Below are positions 36,900 through 49,035 of a stretch of 64,000 nt of DNA, one piece after another. Numbering within the stretch: position 1 is the first letter of the stretch; every line of letters begins with the position of its first letter. The translations under genes were made by a program, and so were the position numbers. The notes beneath the pieces were generated by a model. It was not told the origin of the DNA. It did not search any database and saw only the letters and a list, made by a program, of their open reading frames with translations. This stretch comes from Lama guanicoe (lineage: Eukaryota), in assembly GCA_013239625.1 (NCBI GenBank), contig MU053431.1, positions 932,001 through 996,000 of the forward strand. The letters run 5' to 3'.

Positions 36900-37230
36900 A
36901 AATCTGACCCGTAATCTCAAATTATCAAAGTCACCAAAAGCAAGGAAATCTGAGAAACGGTCACAGCCAAACGGAGGCTGAGGAGCTTGACAACTAAGTG
37001 TCATGCGGGATCCTGGGCAAAAGGGACAGTGGGAAAAAACTAAGCAGGTCCGAGTTAAGTACGGACTTTGGTTAACAACCACCTGTCACTGCTGGTTTGT
37101 TAATTACAACGACTGCACCTGGGAAGGTGAGCTCTTAACCGCAGGGGAGAGTGGGTGCAGGCAACACGCCAGCGCTCTTACACCTTTCCTGTAAATTGAA
37201 GATATTCTAAAATAAAAAGCCTATTCTAAA
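36900..37230 (+). mobile_element. L1MC3/L1MD-like 3' UTR fragment
   Basis: tcaaagtcaccaaaagcaaggaaatctgagaaac.gtcacagcca..gacaactaagtg..gggatcctgg..ggactttggttaa..ctgtaaattgaagatattctaaaataaaaag. Confidence 0.8.
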
Positions 37231-40200
37231 ACATACAAACAAGACAATTTAGAACGCCCACTATCCACCCCTGGGGGAGCACATCACTGTCAGTGTTTTG
37301 GCGTGTTCTGCTTTTCTGTGCGCAGCCCTGCACAGGTGAGAGCACACCAGGCCCACGGTCCGTGTCGTCCTCCCCCTACAATGACGAGCTACGGACACAT
37401 CATCCCTGTGTCACTGAAAATGATCTGGTCGATCGATCACGGGTCAATCAATACACGAACAAATGCCGTCCCGGAGGGAAGGCTGTCTGAGGCACGTGGG
37501 GACTCACTCGGCAGGGCCTGGGGCCAAGCGAGGCCAGAGGTGGGGGCGGGACCCCAGGCAGGGTGGTGGCCCCGGGAGAGGCTGAGATTCAGACGCTGCA
37601 GGCCTGCACTGGACAGCACCGGCCGGGGCGGCAGCAGCCCGCCCAGCGAGGGGAACCCAGGACCACTCGGGTCTGAGGAAAGCTGGCACAGCACCCCCCA
37701 GGAGCCCCAGGGGCTTTCTGCTCACAGCTGCTGTCGGGATGCTAAGTAGCAGAGCACCACTTTTCTGGGGTAAGAGCGGAGGAGGGAGAAAAGAGGGGCG
37801 GGGGGGTTTCCATACGGTGAAGTTCCTCATTAAAATCCATTGTAACCTCGGCTAGTGGCTGGGTTAACGTCACTCGGAAACCATCGTGGGATCAGCTGCG
37901 TCCATGGTCAGCATCTGAAATTCTCGCACTGGAAGCCTGTGAGGTTTGCCTATGTTTTTCAGTGGAGTGTTATTCATTTAAAGTTGTTTGAAAATCTAAT
38001 CAGAAAGATCTTCAACCCAGAAATTTGGTGATGTGAAATTTGCTGGTGACGGCGCTCCGGGGGCTCCCGCTGAGTGATGCCTAGGAAAGGACAGCTCCCG
38101 GAAACGCGAACTTGGTGTGAGCCGTGTGGCTCTGGACGGGCCGCGGCTTCACGTTCTGTGAGTTTTGACTTGTCCTTGAGGACTGTGACTTAAGGCATGA
38201 GGCTGAACCCTGGGGGAGCTCAGGGCAGAAGTTCACGTGGAAACTGAGGCTGACCTGGCCTCTCCCTTTCACTTCCAAGGGGTGGTTGGCACGTCTGTCA
38301 TCTACATCTGATCTGCCAGGTGGGCTGCCAACTCCCTCTAAGACAGAGGAATGCACCCTGCCTAAAACCCCGCCGCGGCCGGCTGCTGGAGGAGCCGCCT
38401 GCGGGTTCCAGGAGGTGGCCGGCCGCCCCACCTTACTCCCGATAGTGGCTTCGTGGTTGGACACCCACAGCGGGACTGGGGAGGGGGGTAAACATGGTAG
38501 GAATGTGTGTCCTAAATTATGTTAAGGGAAGCGGGTCATAGGTGCGTGGGGCTGAAGACACCAGTCAGGCGGGACAGGTTATCAGTCGAGGAGGAAGTGT
38601 CAGCTACTGGCGAGCACCACCCACCTGTGCTGGGGGGTGCCTCACACCCTCACACCGCCGGGGGGCAGGGTGGGGCAGGCGTCGGAGCCCAGCCCCACTC
38701 GGTTTGCCGAGGCAGAGCCTGGAAGTCCACCGCTGGGGACCCCTGGCCTGGAAGACACCCTGCGCTTTCTCCCGTCTCTGCAAGACCCCTCTAATTCCCG
38801 GCTCGCAGTGTGGGTCTCCTGCATGTTTCCCGAAACGGAGAACTCGTTTAAAAAGCCCTTGCACTGACTCACATCTGCTCAGACGAGGCTGTAGGCCCAG
38901 AAACAGGCCCCTCCGCAGCCACCAAGAGAAGGCGTCTTTGGCCAGCACAGGCTCCCTTCAGACACTCGTGCGAGACAATTCACAGCTCCTTACAAGTCTG
39001 TTCATGGGCCATAGAATGGGTCCTGCCTCACATGGCACTGTGAGCGTTGTGTAGATGGGGAAAGAAAGGCGGAGAGAGCGGCTTTAACGCGTAGGGAGTA
39101 TCTGGCAGACGTTAAAGGGAGCTCCGAGCTTCCTCATGAGGACCGGCGCTGACCGCTCTGCCCAGACCGTCACCCTGGACGCGCCGCGCCGACTCTCCGC
39201 CCTGGAGGCGCCGAGACACTGAGTCGTGAGGCTCCTTTTCCTCACGGCTGTTCTGCAGAGAAAATGTCTGGAAAATCCCTATGCTCCTGATGAGACGCCT
39301 GCAGAGAAACGGTTTGCTGTCGGCTCTTGAGAAGCGTGGAGCCTGCCCCCTGGGACCCTGACATTTCACAAAGCACACCCTTCATCTGCGGTGACGGCAG
39401 ACTTTGTCATCAAGCCCATTGCACTTACTGGGAGGTGGTCACTCAGAGCCAGGCTCCTGTCCGGTGGCCGGGCAGCGGGCCGTCCAGTGGTCCAGCCTGC
39501 ACATGTTGAATGCTCTCTCTAATCTAACCGGTGGCCACTCCGGAGTCCCCATGGTGGTACCCAGGATGTGCACACGTGCATGAGGGTGCGAGCTGCTCTG
39601 AAGACCCCTGGAGTTTTTACAGAAGAATCCTAAACACAGGGGACACGAGCTGTGACCATTTAAGTTGGCCATGCTCTCCTCTGTTTGCAGTCTGAACAAT
39701 AAGCCTCATCTTGTCTCAGGCCCAGAATAACAGAGGATAAATGGCTGAGTCTACGAAAACACCCATCACTGAAGCCGCCCTCCATCATGACCCAGTTCTC
39801 CAAGTGCTGGCTTATGAAAGACCGAAAGTAGGTCATCAGAGAGAGATGAAGTGGGTGGGGGAAAAAATCATTCCATAAGCAGCCACTTAAAAATGCACCA
39901 GTGTTGGCTTCCAGGGACCAGCGGATCAGGCTAGAGCCGCGTTCTCAAGACACACTCCCTCCTTCCCTGCTGGTCCCTGGCGGCCTGGGCAGGTGCCCCT
40001 CAAAGACAGGCTGCGGGTGACACGGAGCCTGCAGACCGCAGCTTGGTCTGTCCTCGCCCCTTGTGGAAACTCACTGGGTTTACGTTTGAGAGAGAAGTCA
40101 GCGTTCACAGGACAGTGTCGGCTTTGTGATCAAGGCTGGGTTTTTTGTTTGTTTGTTAGTGTGTTTTGGCAAATTATGAATTCTGTCCATCAAAATCGGA

Positions 40201-43065
40201 TCATTTTTTCAAAGTAGGATCTGGACACCAGTCAAGTTCTCTTTTTCCATTATGAAAGCATCTGTGACCCCCATGGCGAAGCCCAGGAGGGAGCCCCGCC
40301 GTCCACTCACAAGGCAGCCTTTGACATCGCGAAGGACGGGGCCCCACGCGGTGGGCTTCCTTCCACGTCCAGACTCCCACCGCTGCAGGGCCGATTCTGC
40401 CGAGCCCGGAGCATTGTCCTCCCGGGGCTGCCCCACCTGGCCTCTTCCTGCCCCGGGACGTTGTCACTGCCTGTGCTGCCACGGGGTACAGGGTGGGGGG
40501 TCTCAGTGAGTGGCTGGCGCCCAGGGCCCAGGATGGAGGGTGCGGTGGCCACTTCCTCCTGAAGTTCACCCCTCCGTTGCCCCTGCCACAGCACCCACAG
40601 GGGCCGCGCGTCCTCAGAGCCTCCTGGGCATCCTCTCTGTGCCCGCAGCCCACAGGCCGCACACTCGCATGTCCCTGCTGCACACGGAGGAAGCCGAGCG
40701 TGGGAAGCAGGACGTACGCTGCCATGGACCACGGCGACGCTCTCAAGCAGCAGAGCCGGTGGGGGGCCCCGTGGGCCCCATGCTCCGGCCTGTGGCCTCT
40801 CTCAGGGTGCCTTCAGCCACACCCCTCCCCCAGCCAGCTCACGTCTCCAGGACACAGTGGTTTTCTTCTCTCTGAAAAGAACTGAGAAGAAAATCAGACG
40901 CCCCCAAGACCCCCCCACCGCAGCCGGAAGGTTGATGCGGCTGAAGCTGGGAACCCTGAAAACACAGGAGAGCGGTACCGTCTCTGGCACCGACTGTCGC
41001 ATTCATTACAGTTCAATTTGATCTTTTTTACTATCACATTGAAACGTTTCCATTCTGGAATGGAATGGTTACAGCGAGCGTAAATCTGCCACACACACGG
41101 TGCTTCATTTATATTAGCTTTTATTTAACTTGGTAAAAGGTAATTTGTTTTTATTAATTGATTCATTTTCCCCCTTCGGTCAGGCAAGCTGCAGCCCCGG
41201 GGGGGCTCACGGCCGAACAGCTCCTGCCGGAGCCTGGCACCGCCCCTCAACGCGTGGCCGGCCGCCACCGGCCGTGGAAACTTTAATTGACCACCCAGGT
41301 GCCTGTGTGGCCTTATTATCTGCTCCAGTGCCTCCTCTTTCCCTTCAATTTTTCATCTTTAGGTCATCCTGGCCAATTGATGAGTCAGAAACTTACCACT
41401 GAGATGGGCTGAGCCCTTTCCAGCACTCTGCAGAGTGGACAAGATCACAGCACTGTTGACTCGGAGGCCCGTCTGGGCGGCTGCACTGCATTTACCATGC
41501 GTGTCTGCAGTCAGGCGGGCCAGCACCATCAGCTGCTGGTGCCTCGAAATAAGACACTTCAGAACCGGTAGTCTGTTTGGCTTCTGTCTGAACTTCCTCT
41601 CCTGATGTTTCCTCGACCCACCCGTTTGCAGACGGGTGAGTCCAGCTTTCCCGAGCTGGCACAGTCCACCCACCCGCCCACCTTCTGCCATCGCTCCAAC
41701 CATGTGTGTGAGGCCCAGTGTCCTCACGCTTGCCGGGACATTTTAGACGTCATCAGGGGCTCTGTCCAAGGTCACGGCCTGTCATATCCACAGATGAATC
41801 CCCAGTTAGGTTGCAGAGTGCTCCAAGAACTGTAGGGTTAACCAGAGCCCTTCTCCAGGCCACCCCTGCCCACCGTTCTCTTCCACGGCCTTACTTTTCT
41901 CCCTCCAGCAGCCTCCAGATCTAGAGCCGTGACTCATTTTATGAACACCTTGGCCAGTTGGTCACGTGCAGCATGCAATGGACAGCGGGCCTCCGGGCAT
42001 CTCCAGGGCCACTTTCCTTCGGGTCGAATGGCCGGGGGGCGGTGGATGAACATGCTCGTTTCTGCCGTCCTTCAGGGGAGGACACACTGCCCTCCTCCCC
42101 GGTCGTCCCGGCGGATAACTCTGCTTTCATTACCTGTAAGTAGTGTGTTCTCACACCAGGAAGATCTGCGCCCATTTCCCGAATGGGATCGTGGTGCCAA
42201 GTTTTGCATTTCTGTAACAGTAAAATCAAAACAGTTAACACTGGGAGGAAACTCCTTTTGATACACGAGAGCTATCGGCGGCCGTGTGCCCAGACAAACC
42301 CACCGCTCGGCTCGTTCTCTCGCGGGAAGGGAGCTGACGCCTCGCTCACCGCCCACCGCCTGGCGGAGAAGGGCGCTGCCTCTGGCTTGACTCGCGAGAC
42401 GGGCTGGCGCTGTAGATCTGGTGTCACATCTGGCTCACGCGTCACTTTCGTGGGGGGGACGACGCACGTGAAAGTGATTTGTAAATACTGACGCGGCGCG
42501 CACACGCGGGGCCTGTTAGCGCTAACCCAGGTGAACAGCCTGTAATTGTGATGGCGACAGGTTGTTTTCCGTGGTTTCCATGATGACATTTTCCGTGACT
42601 GTAGTGCTTTAAAGTCTTCTCAAAGCTTTTTTCATACCCATTATGTCATTTGATCCACTAATTGAACTTGAACTGGAACAGAGAAAAACATTGATACATT
42701 AATTACATCCAGGCCGTTTGTGGGGGCAGGAGGGGTGGGAAACACAGCTGCGTCACAGCTGGCTTGTGGATGCCTGTTTCAAACTGCGACTCGAAGGGAA
42801 AAGCAAAATCAGAAGCAGAATCTACACGCCCCCACCGCTTCAGATTAGTCAAAGAAAAACAGGAAAGGGATCGGATTCCATTTTTCTATCATGAAGTATT
42901 TGTTCATTCTTTCCCTTTTCTTCTCTCTGGCCCACCACCAGAAACAATTTTTGAGAATTTTTTATTCTCAAAAATACATGTTTCTACAAGTTTTATAATG
43001 GGGTGTTTTTGTAAGAGCCTGTGATGGTAAGAAGTGTCTGCATAAGAGGGTCAAGGACGTTAAGT

Positions 43066-43290
43066 CAGGGGTTCTCGACCTGGACACGGACGACACTGGG
43101 GCTGGCCCGTCCTCTGACACGGGGCCGTCCTGGGCACTGTGGGGTGTTCGGCAGCAGCCCCGGCCCCCAGCTGCTAGTTGCCAGTAGCACCCACCCCCCA
43201 GCTGTGACAACCAACATGTCCCAGACATTGCCCAGGGTCTCGGGTGGGGCTGGGGTGGGCAGGACCTCCCCCGCCCCGTGAGGATGGCTC
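43066..43290 (-). mobile_element. MER20 DNA transposon
   Basis: caggggttctcgacctgg..cgtcctgggcactgtggggtgttcggcagca..tagttgccagtagcacc..gctgtgacaaccaacatgtcccagacattgcc. Confidence 0.88.
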
Positions 43291-43894
43291 AGGAAGGACT
43301 CCCAGTGCAGCAGAGCATCTCCCAGGCCTGCAAAGAAAGCAGCCCTGGGCTCGTCCCGCAAGCTGGTCTGGGGATCAGGCCCAGCGTCAGCCGGGACTGG
43401 CTCATCCTAGGATCAGAGCCTCCGGCCGGAGGGTCTCATCAGCTCCCACCTCTGTTTCCCTGGGGAAGGACCCGCCCGGGCCCCCAGGGTGAGGAAGAGG
43501 CCAGGGTCCAGGCAGGTCTTCATTTTTCAGGAGTTCACAGCATCTGAGGAAGAAAAACCAGGTTGTCTCACAGGAGCAACAGCTGAGAAAATGTCTCAGA
43601 ATTGCTTCTTTTATCAGAGAACACGGCCAAACCTCCCCCACCCACCTCTCCGCTGGTGAAGATGCAGTGTGGGTCCCAGGCCAGGAGCTGTCGGGGGCCC
43701 GGGGAGTGAGCCTCCTTCCTGGTGTGCGCGCCTCGTGGGGGCGGGGGTGACTTTAAATCACGCCATGTACGGCACGAGGGCCGTGCAGACTGCTGAACCC
43801 CACCAAGGTCTGCGCCCAAGTTCCTGTGTCATGCCGGCGTCCCCACCCTGCCCTGAGCACAGACCCCCACATAAGGCGGCGTCGGGGACCCTGG

Positions 43895-43960
43895 TGGGGA
43901 GCTCTCTGCACTGAGCTTGCAACTTCTGTGAGTCAAACTATTTCAAAATGAAAATGTGAC
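43895..43960 (+). mobile_element. Old L1 extreme 3' end
   Basis: gggagctctctgcact..ttgcaacttctgtgagtcaaactatttcaaaatgaaaa. Confidence 0.55.
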
Positions 43961-45139
43961 AGGCCCACATCCCCCACCTTCAGGTCTTGCACAGACTACA
44001 GACAGACTTCTTGAGCTGAAACGGTACACAAACTCTCCCATCTAACCTTTAATGAACAGCAACCGGAATCTTGCACACAAACGTGGCTTCTCTTTACCTC
44101 TGCTCACCTTCCCCACCATTAAATAAAAAAAGCCTTCATTCTGATGTGAGCATTGAGACAGACATTAAAATTGCAAGGTTGGTTCCAATGCCAGCTTTTC
44201 ATTCTCGGGTCAGAAATGACTTAGGGCGGGTCAGTGTTTGAACGATAGCTCCGCGGCTGTTAAGCTCAAGTGGTACCTCGGACAGAACCCTCAGGGGGCG
44301 AATTCCCTGGCTCATCCTAACGCCCACTTGCTCGCTCATCCCCTGTGTAATTTAACGCAGCTGGGAGCTTCTGGTGACGGGAGACCAGGCCAGAACAGCG
44401 GCGGTCTGGACAGGGAGTTGAGCGGCTGCAGCTCTGGTTTTGGAAGGGCCTCCGTGGGAGTCTCACTGGGGCTGAGAGGGTTGGCGGGTTTGTTTCTTTC
44501 GCCCCCCTCTGGGGTGTGCACGGTGCCTCCATGGATAGTTCCCGTCGCTTGGGGGCCGGCACACGTGCCTGGGAAGGGTGGCTCTGGTTACTTCCTGCAG
44601 GCATTTCCGCAGGCTACTGGGATTCTCTGGGAGGTGTGTGCAGAGATGGCCGTGACCCCAGCAAACATGTCCCTTATGTCGTTTGTATCCGAGACCCACC
44701 TCAGCTAAGCCCCCTCCACGTGTAGGAGCCAGCGATTTGCTTACAGCCCAGACGGAGGGAGGAAAGCAAAGATTCATGAAGCGTCTGCTGCGTGCTCAGC
44801 ACCACGAGTCTCCCTCTCTCTGCAGTAGCCACTGTCGCCTTGTTGACAAGAGGCTACACCCAAGAAACCCGGTCCCCAGGGCTCTGCCGGCCCCTTTCTT
44901 GCTGGCGTCCCGGAGCACTGCAGGTGTCCCCGCCCACCCTCTTCAGAAACCAAGCCTCCCTCTGTCCCAGCTTCCCTGAGTCCCTGGAGTCACCTCCATC
45001 CAACTGCTGGAGTCGAGAGAGACACGTGTCTGTCCAGCAGCAGCGAGGGCGCCACCTGGAAGAGAGGGCCGTCCCCACGTGGGCACCTGCTCCAGTGGAC
45101 GGGGCACACGTGTGTGGTGGTCAGGTGCCCGGCTTTGCC

Positions 45140-45250
45140 ACAAAGTTAATCCTCTCATTACCCCCATTTCACAGATGAAGAAACAGACCACCTTGCCCCA
45201 GCGCATGTGGCCGACACAGGGGAGGGGGCTTGGACCCAGGCTCTCCACCC
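45140..45250 (-). mobile_element. MIR fragment
   Basis: attacccccatttcacagatgaagaaacaga..cttgcccca..gggcttggacccagg. Confidence 0.7.
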
Positions 45251-46214
45251 CCAAGGTCTCTGTGCGTCCCGCCGCCCACCACCCCTTGTCTGACGGGCAC
45301 CGACCACCCAGGTGTTTCTGTTCTGACTTTGCAGAAGCACCCACTGAACACAACACCGCCGAAACAAGAGGCTGGTTTTTCTTCTCTCTGCAGGAGTGAG
45401 CGCAGCCCACTTGGCACCTGTGTCACACCTGTCACCCGGGGCTCAGCGAGGGTCACATCACCAGGACGGAAGCAGAGACCTTCGCAGCGCAGGCATCCTG
45501 TGCTCCGAGTCCCGGGCCCTCCTCCACGGAGCAGGGCCCTGAACACTCTGCCGGATTCGGGGGTTTCCTTCCCATGATGGACTCACCTTTTTAAAAGTTT
45601 ACACAAAGACCGCAGCCCCGTTTGTTTTTCTCGTTACGTGTTACGGGGAAGGACGATCCATTTCATGGTTCTCAGAGATGAAAGATGGGGAGCGTGGCTT
45701 CAGTTTCATGACTGCCGCTGTCACATTTCAGAACTTCCTAAATATAGCTTTATTGGAGGGAAAAAAAGCCTACAGCCCTGCGTCAAGATAAAAAGGTTTC
45801 TGTCAAAATCAAATGACATGTCACTTTTAATGAGCAACTGAAAAATTAACAAATGTAACGTTCTAATCTAATTACGTTCTTCCAGAAAGCTCTTTGAAAA
45901 CTGACTCAAGTTTGGTTGTCAAGTTCGCTGCCACTGAGGCAGCAGCGACGGCGTGCGGGAGGCCGGAGCCGCACCTCCTGGGTGCTCAGGGGTGCGCTTC
46001 GCTCCCAGGGGCACTTCTGAAACTTTGGGGGTTCTTGGCTCACACACTCTCGAACTCCCACTAGACTGCATTGCAACACATGCAGAAAAGTGGCAAGTCA
46101 TGTGTCCGTCCCTTTGAGTCTTCACACGAGAATGACAGCCACACAACCAGGACTCCAGGTTTTTATAAATAAGTTGTTTTTTAAGCATCAGATCCGTGTC
46201 TCCCCCGACCCCCA

Positions 46215-46630
46215 AGTTCATCGTATAACTGGTTGATCAGACGCTGCACGTGATTAACGTACATGATGTGGTAGATGCTGGCACGCGTGTGCACTCCCGG
46301 TCCGGGTAGTCAACGTGGCCGTCACGTCTGAAAGCCTCCGTGCCCCTGCGCTGTGGCTTTTGTTTGTTTGTGACAAGAACCTGCCGTGGGAGCTCTACCT
46401 TCTTCACAGTTTTCCAAGCACCTGCTACCTTCTCACGGGCCGCACGGGGCCATGTTGCAGGGCAGACCTCTGGCCCCCTCTCCCCTCGCGTGCACGGTGA
46501 CTGAGGCCCACGAAACACTGCCTCCCCCGGGCCCAGCCCCTGCTCACCCCCGTTCTTCCCACTGTTGGCTGCCCACCCGGACCTCTGACTGTTCCAGGTG
46601 CCTCACACGAGAGGAGTCTGTGCTTTTGAA
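46215..46630 (-). mobile_element. L1MB-like 3' UTR, strongly GC-shifted
   Basis: Collinear motifs gctgcacgtgattaacgtaca, tttgtgacaagaac, gagctctaccttctt, ccatgttgcagggcagacctct, cccagcccctgctcacccccgttct and tgactgttccaggtgcctcacac. Confidence 0.6.
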
Positions 46631-48844
46631 GCAGGGGTCCGGGCCTGCCTTCCAGAGGACAGGTGGGGGTGTGTGCTGAGGGGCGAGGCCCGCGACATCT
46701 CCTGCCCATGTCCCTCGCACCCTGTGTGTCTCTGTGGAAGAGCAGCAAGGGGGTCCTGCCCCGGGGCCTCCAGCGAGGGGGGCTTCGATGAGACATCGCC
46801 CCGGTCCCACCCGTGTGGGGCGTCTGTTCCTTGTCCCACTCACTTGTGCGTCTCCTGTGTCTCCTCAATAGGGAGGGACACCCTTCCACGTCGCAGAACG
46901 CGGCAGAGGGGCGTCCGTTAACCAGGGCCGGCTCAGCGGACGCCTCCTTGCCTCGTCTGCCCCCCCCCCCCGCTTCGGGCACTTTGGTCTGGGAGAGGGA
47001 TGCGCGTCTTGGTGCCGCCAGGCGCGTCGGACAGTCTACGGAGCGCCGCTCTGGGCTTTACAGACAGTAGGGGCGGAGGGATCCCGCTTCTTAAGGGTTT
47101 TACCGATTTGCAGAAGAATGGGGCACATCAAAATAATAATAATAAAGGAGAACGAGGAGAGAGGGCAGGAAACATGGGAGAAGAGACCGAAACGATGGGA
47201 ACCGAGAGGCAGAAGACGGATCATTTAGTCAGTCTAGAAATTACCCAGAATCAAAGCGAGAAACACTATCAGGACAGACGGGGAGGGACGCGCAAGTCCG
47301 GTCGCTCTTCCTCGTCTCCTGGTCCTCAGCGAGGGAAGTGGTGTTGAGCCTGCTTCTTCTCGATGTGTTATGTTTTCTTTGTGCAAACGCACGGTCGTGC
47401 CCCTTGGCGGTTCAGGTCTGGGTGTGGTCCACACGCTAATGCGGGGGTCAGACAGGGTAGAAGGGTTTCCAGCAGAGCCCCCGGTGGAGGAGAGGCTCTC
47501 CGGCGTCATGCAGAGTGTTCTCCGAACGAAGGTCTGATCCCGCAGACTCTGGATTTCACATCCATGGGAAGGAGTGGCCATTTTCTTGGTGACACGTCCA
47601 TATTTGATGCCTGAGACCCAAAGCCACGTTTTCACCCTTCCCTTGAAATCCTTTCTGGTTGTATAAACTTCAGAATTCCGGAGATCTGGGCCATCAGGAA
47701 GATAAGTTTACACAGACGTATACCATAATTCTTGTTCCTCGTGTATTTCCTATCACATCATTTACGTATGCTTCAAATATCCCATGAATTGTAATAATGG
47801 CAACTCATAATAAAACTGGTAATAAAATGGATTATTCAGGTAATGCTGTTTTATTACAGTCTCATTATGATTATATAATCCTTATTAAAATCTGGATCAG
47901 AGATGAATTTCTCACCGGAGGCGCCTCAAAGTGCTTTAATAAATTCTATTTATTGTGCAATCCCAGGGTGGGTATTGGTTTTTATAATTTCACACAAGTG
48001 TGTGGTGATGTGACGTGGAATCCATCCACAGGAAATCTGCAGCGTGATTCCTGGAGAATCTGCAGCCTACACTCAGAACTTCCTGTTCTTGCTCTGGATT
48101 CTTTTATTAGGAGAAATGTTTGCTGAGTGGGATGTGTTCAGAGCTTTATTGTTACTCTTTAGCTTTCATGGATGTTACCCCACAATGACCCCTAGAATGT
48201 CATTCTGATGAGATCTGGGGTCCTCTGTTGTAGATCAGAGCTGAGTGAACCATCAGAGAGGTGGAGGGATCCAAGGATTTATGCACTGAACCCACACACC
48301 CCGGGTCTGGCAAAGCTGTCCCGACCCTGCCCTCGCCAGGTGCCCAGGACAAGGTCCCAAGGTCCCTTGCCAGGTGCCCAGGACGAGGCAGCAGTAAAGA
48401 GCGGGGAAAGGTAGGGCCTCGCTGATGCAGACGGGCGACAAGAACACTCTATCTGGGCAGAGGCGACATGGGGAGGGTCCAATATCACGAAAGAGTGGGA
48501 TCTGTTCCACCAGCCGTGGCTGCTCGATCCGGGAGGCGGGCCTGGGAGCATGTGCGCCTCGTCTAAGCGCCAGGGAAGGGGCCGTGGTCCGCGGGAGCTC
48601 ACAGGCAGTCACAACATCATAAGCATCTTGACACCAGTCTGCCGGGTCCACATCCGCCGGCGCCATGCCGTCCACTCCGCCGGGGCTGCAGCCGTGTCTC
48701 AGAAGTGGAGCTGCTCTGTGCTGCTCTCGGGACAGTTAGTGCCCATCGTGCGGCTCATGTCTAAGCCCCCACACAGGGGGGTCACGGGGGAAATGGGACT
48801 GAAAGATCTTAGAGTCTTTGGACTCTCTGCCTACCATGGCTGTC

Positions 48845-49035
48845 CGAGTCAGGAGGCCCTGGACCCAGCCTGCGGCCTCTGAGCCCCAGCCCCAAGATTC
48901 CCCAGCTGGGTGGCCCCCATCTGCCTCGGTTTCCCCATCTGTAAAATGGGCACAGCCAAAGGGTCTGCCTCAATGTTGTTACAAGTACTAAATGAATGCG
49001 TGTCAAAGTGCTAGAATGTCTGGCACACAACACTG
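48845..49035 (+). mobile_element. MIR SINE
   Basis: gcctcggtttccccatctgtaaaatggg..tgttgttacaagtactaaatga..aaagtgctagaatgtctggcacaca. Confidence 0.85.

Noticed and set aside
37290..37700. Possible L2 fragment
   Set aside because: The similarity is too faint to support by eye.
43242..43259. Short-loop G-quadruplex motif gggtggggctggggtggg
   Set aside because: It is a real motif but lies inside a MER20 copy, and such motifs are common at this GC content.
48335..48384. 16-bp direct repeat gccaggtgcccaggac twice
   Set aside because: It is a small local duplication with no further structure.
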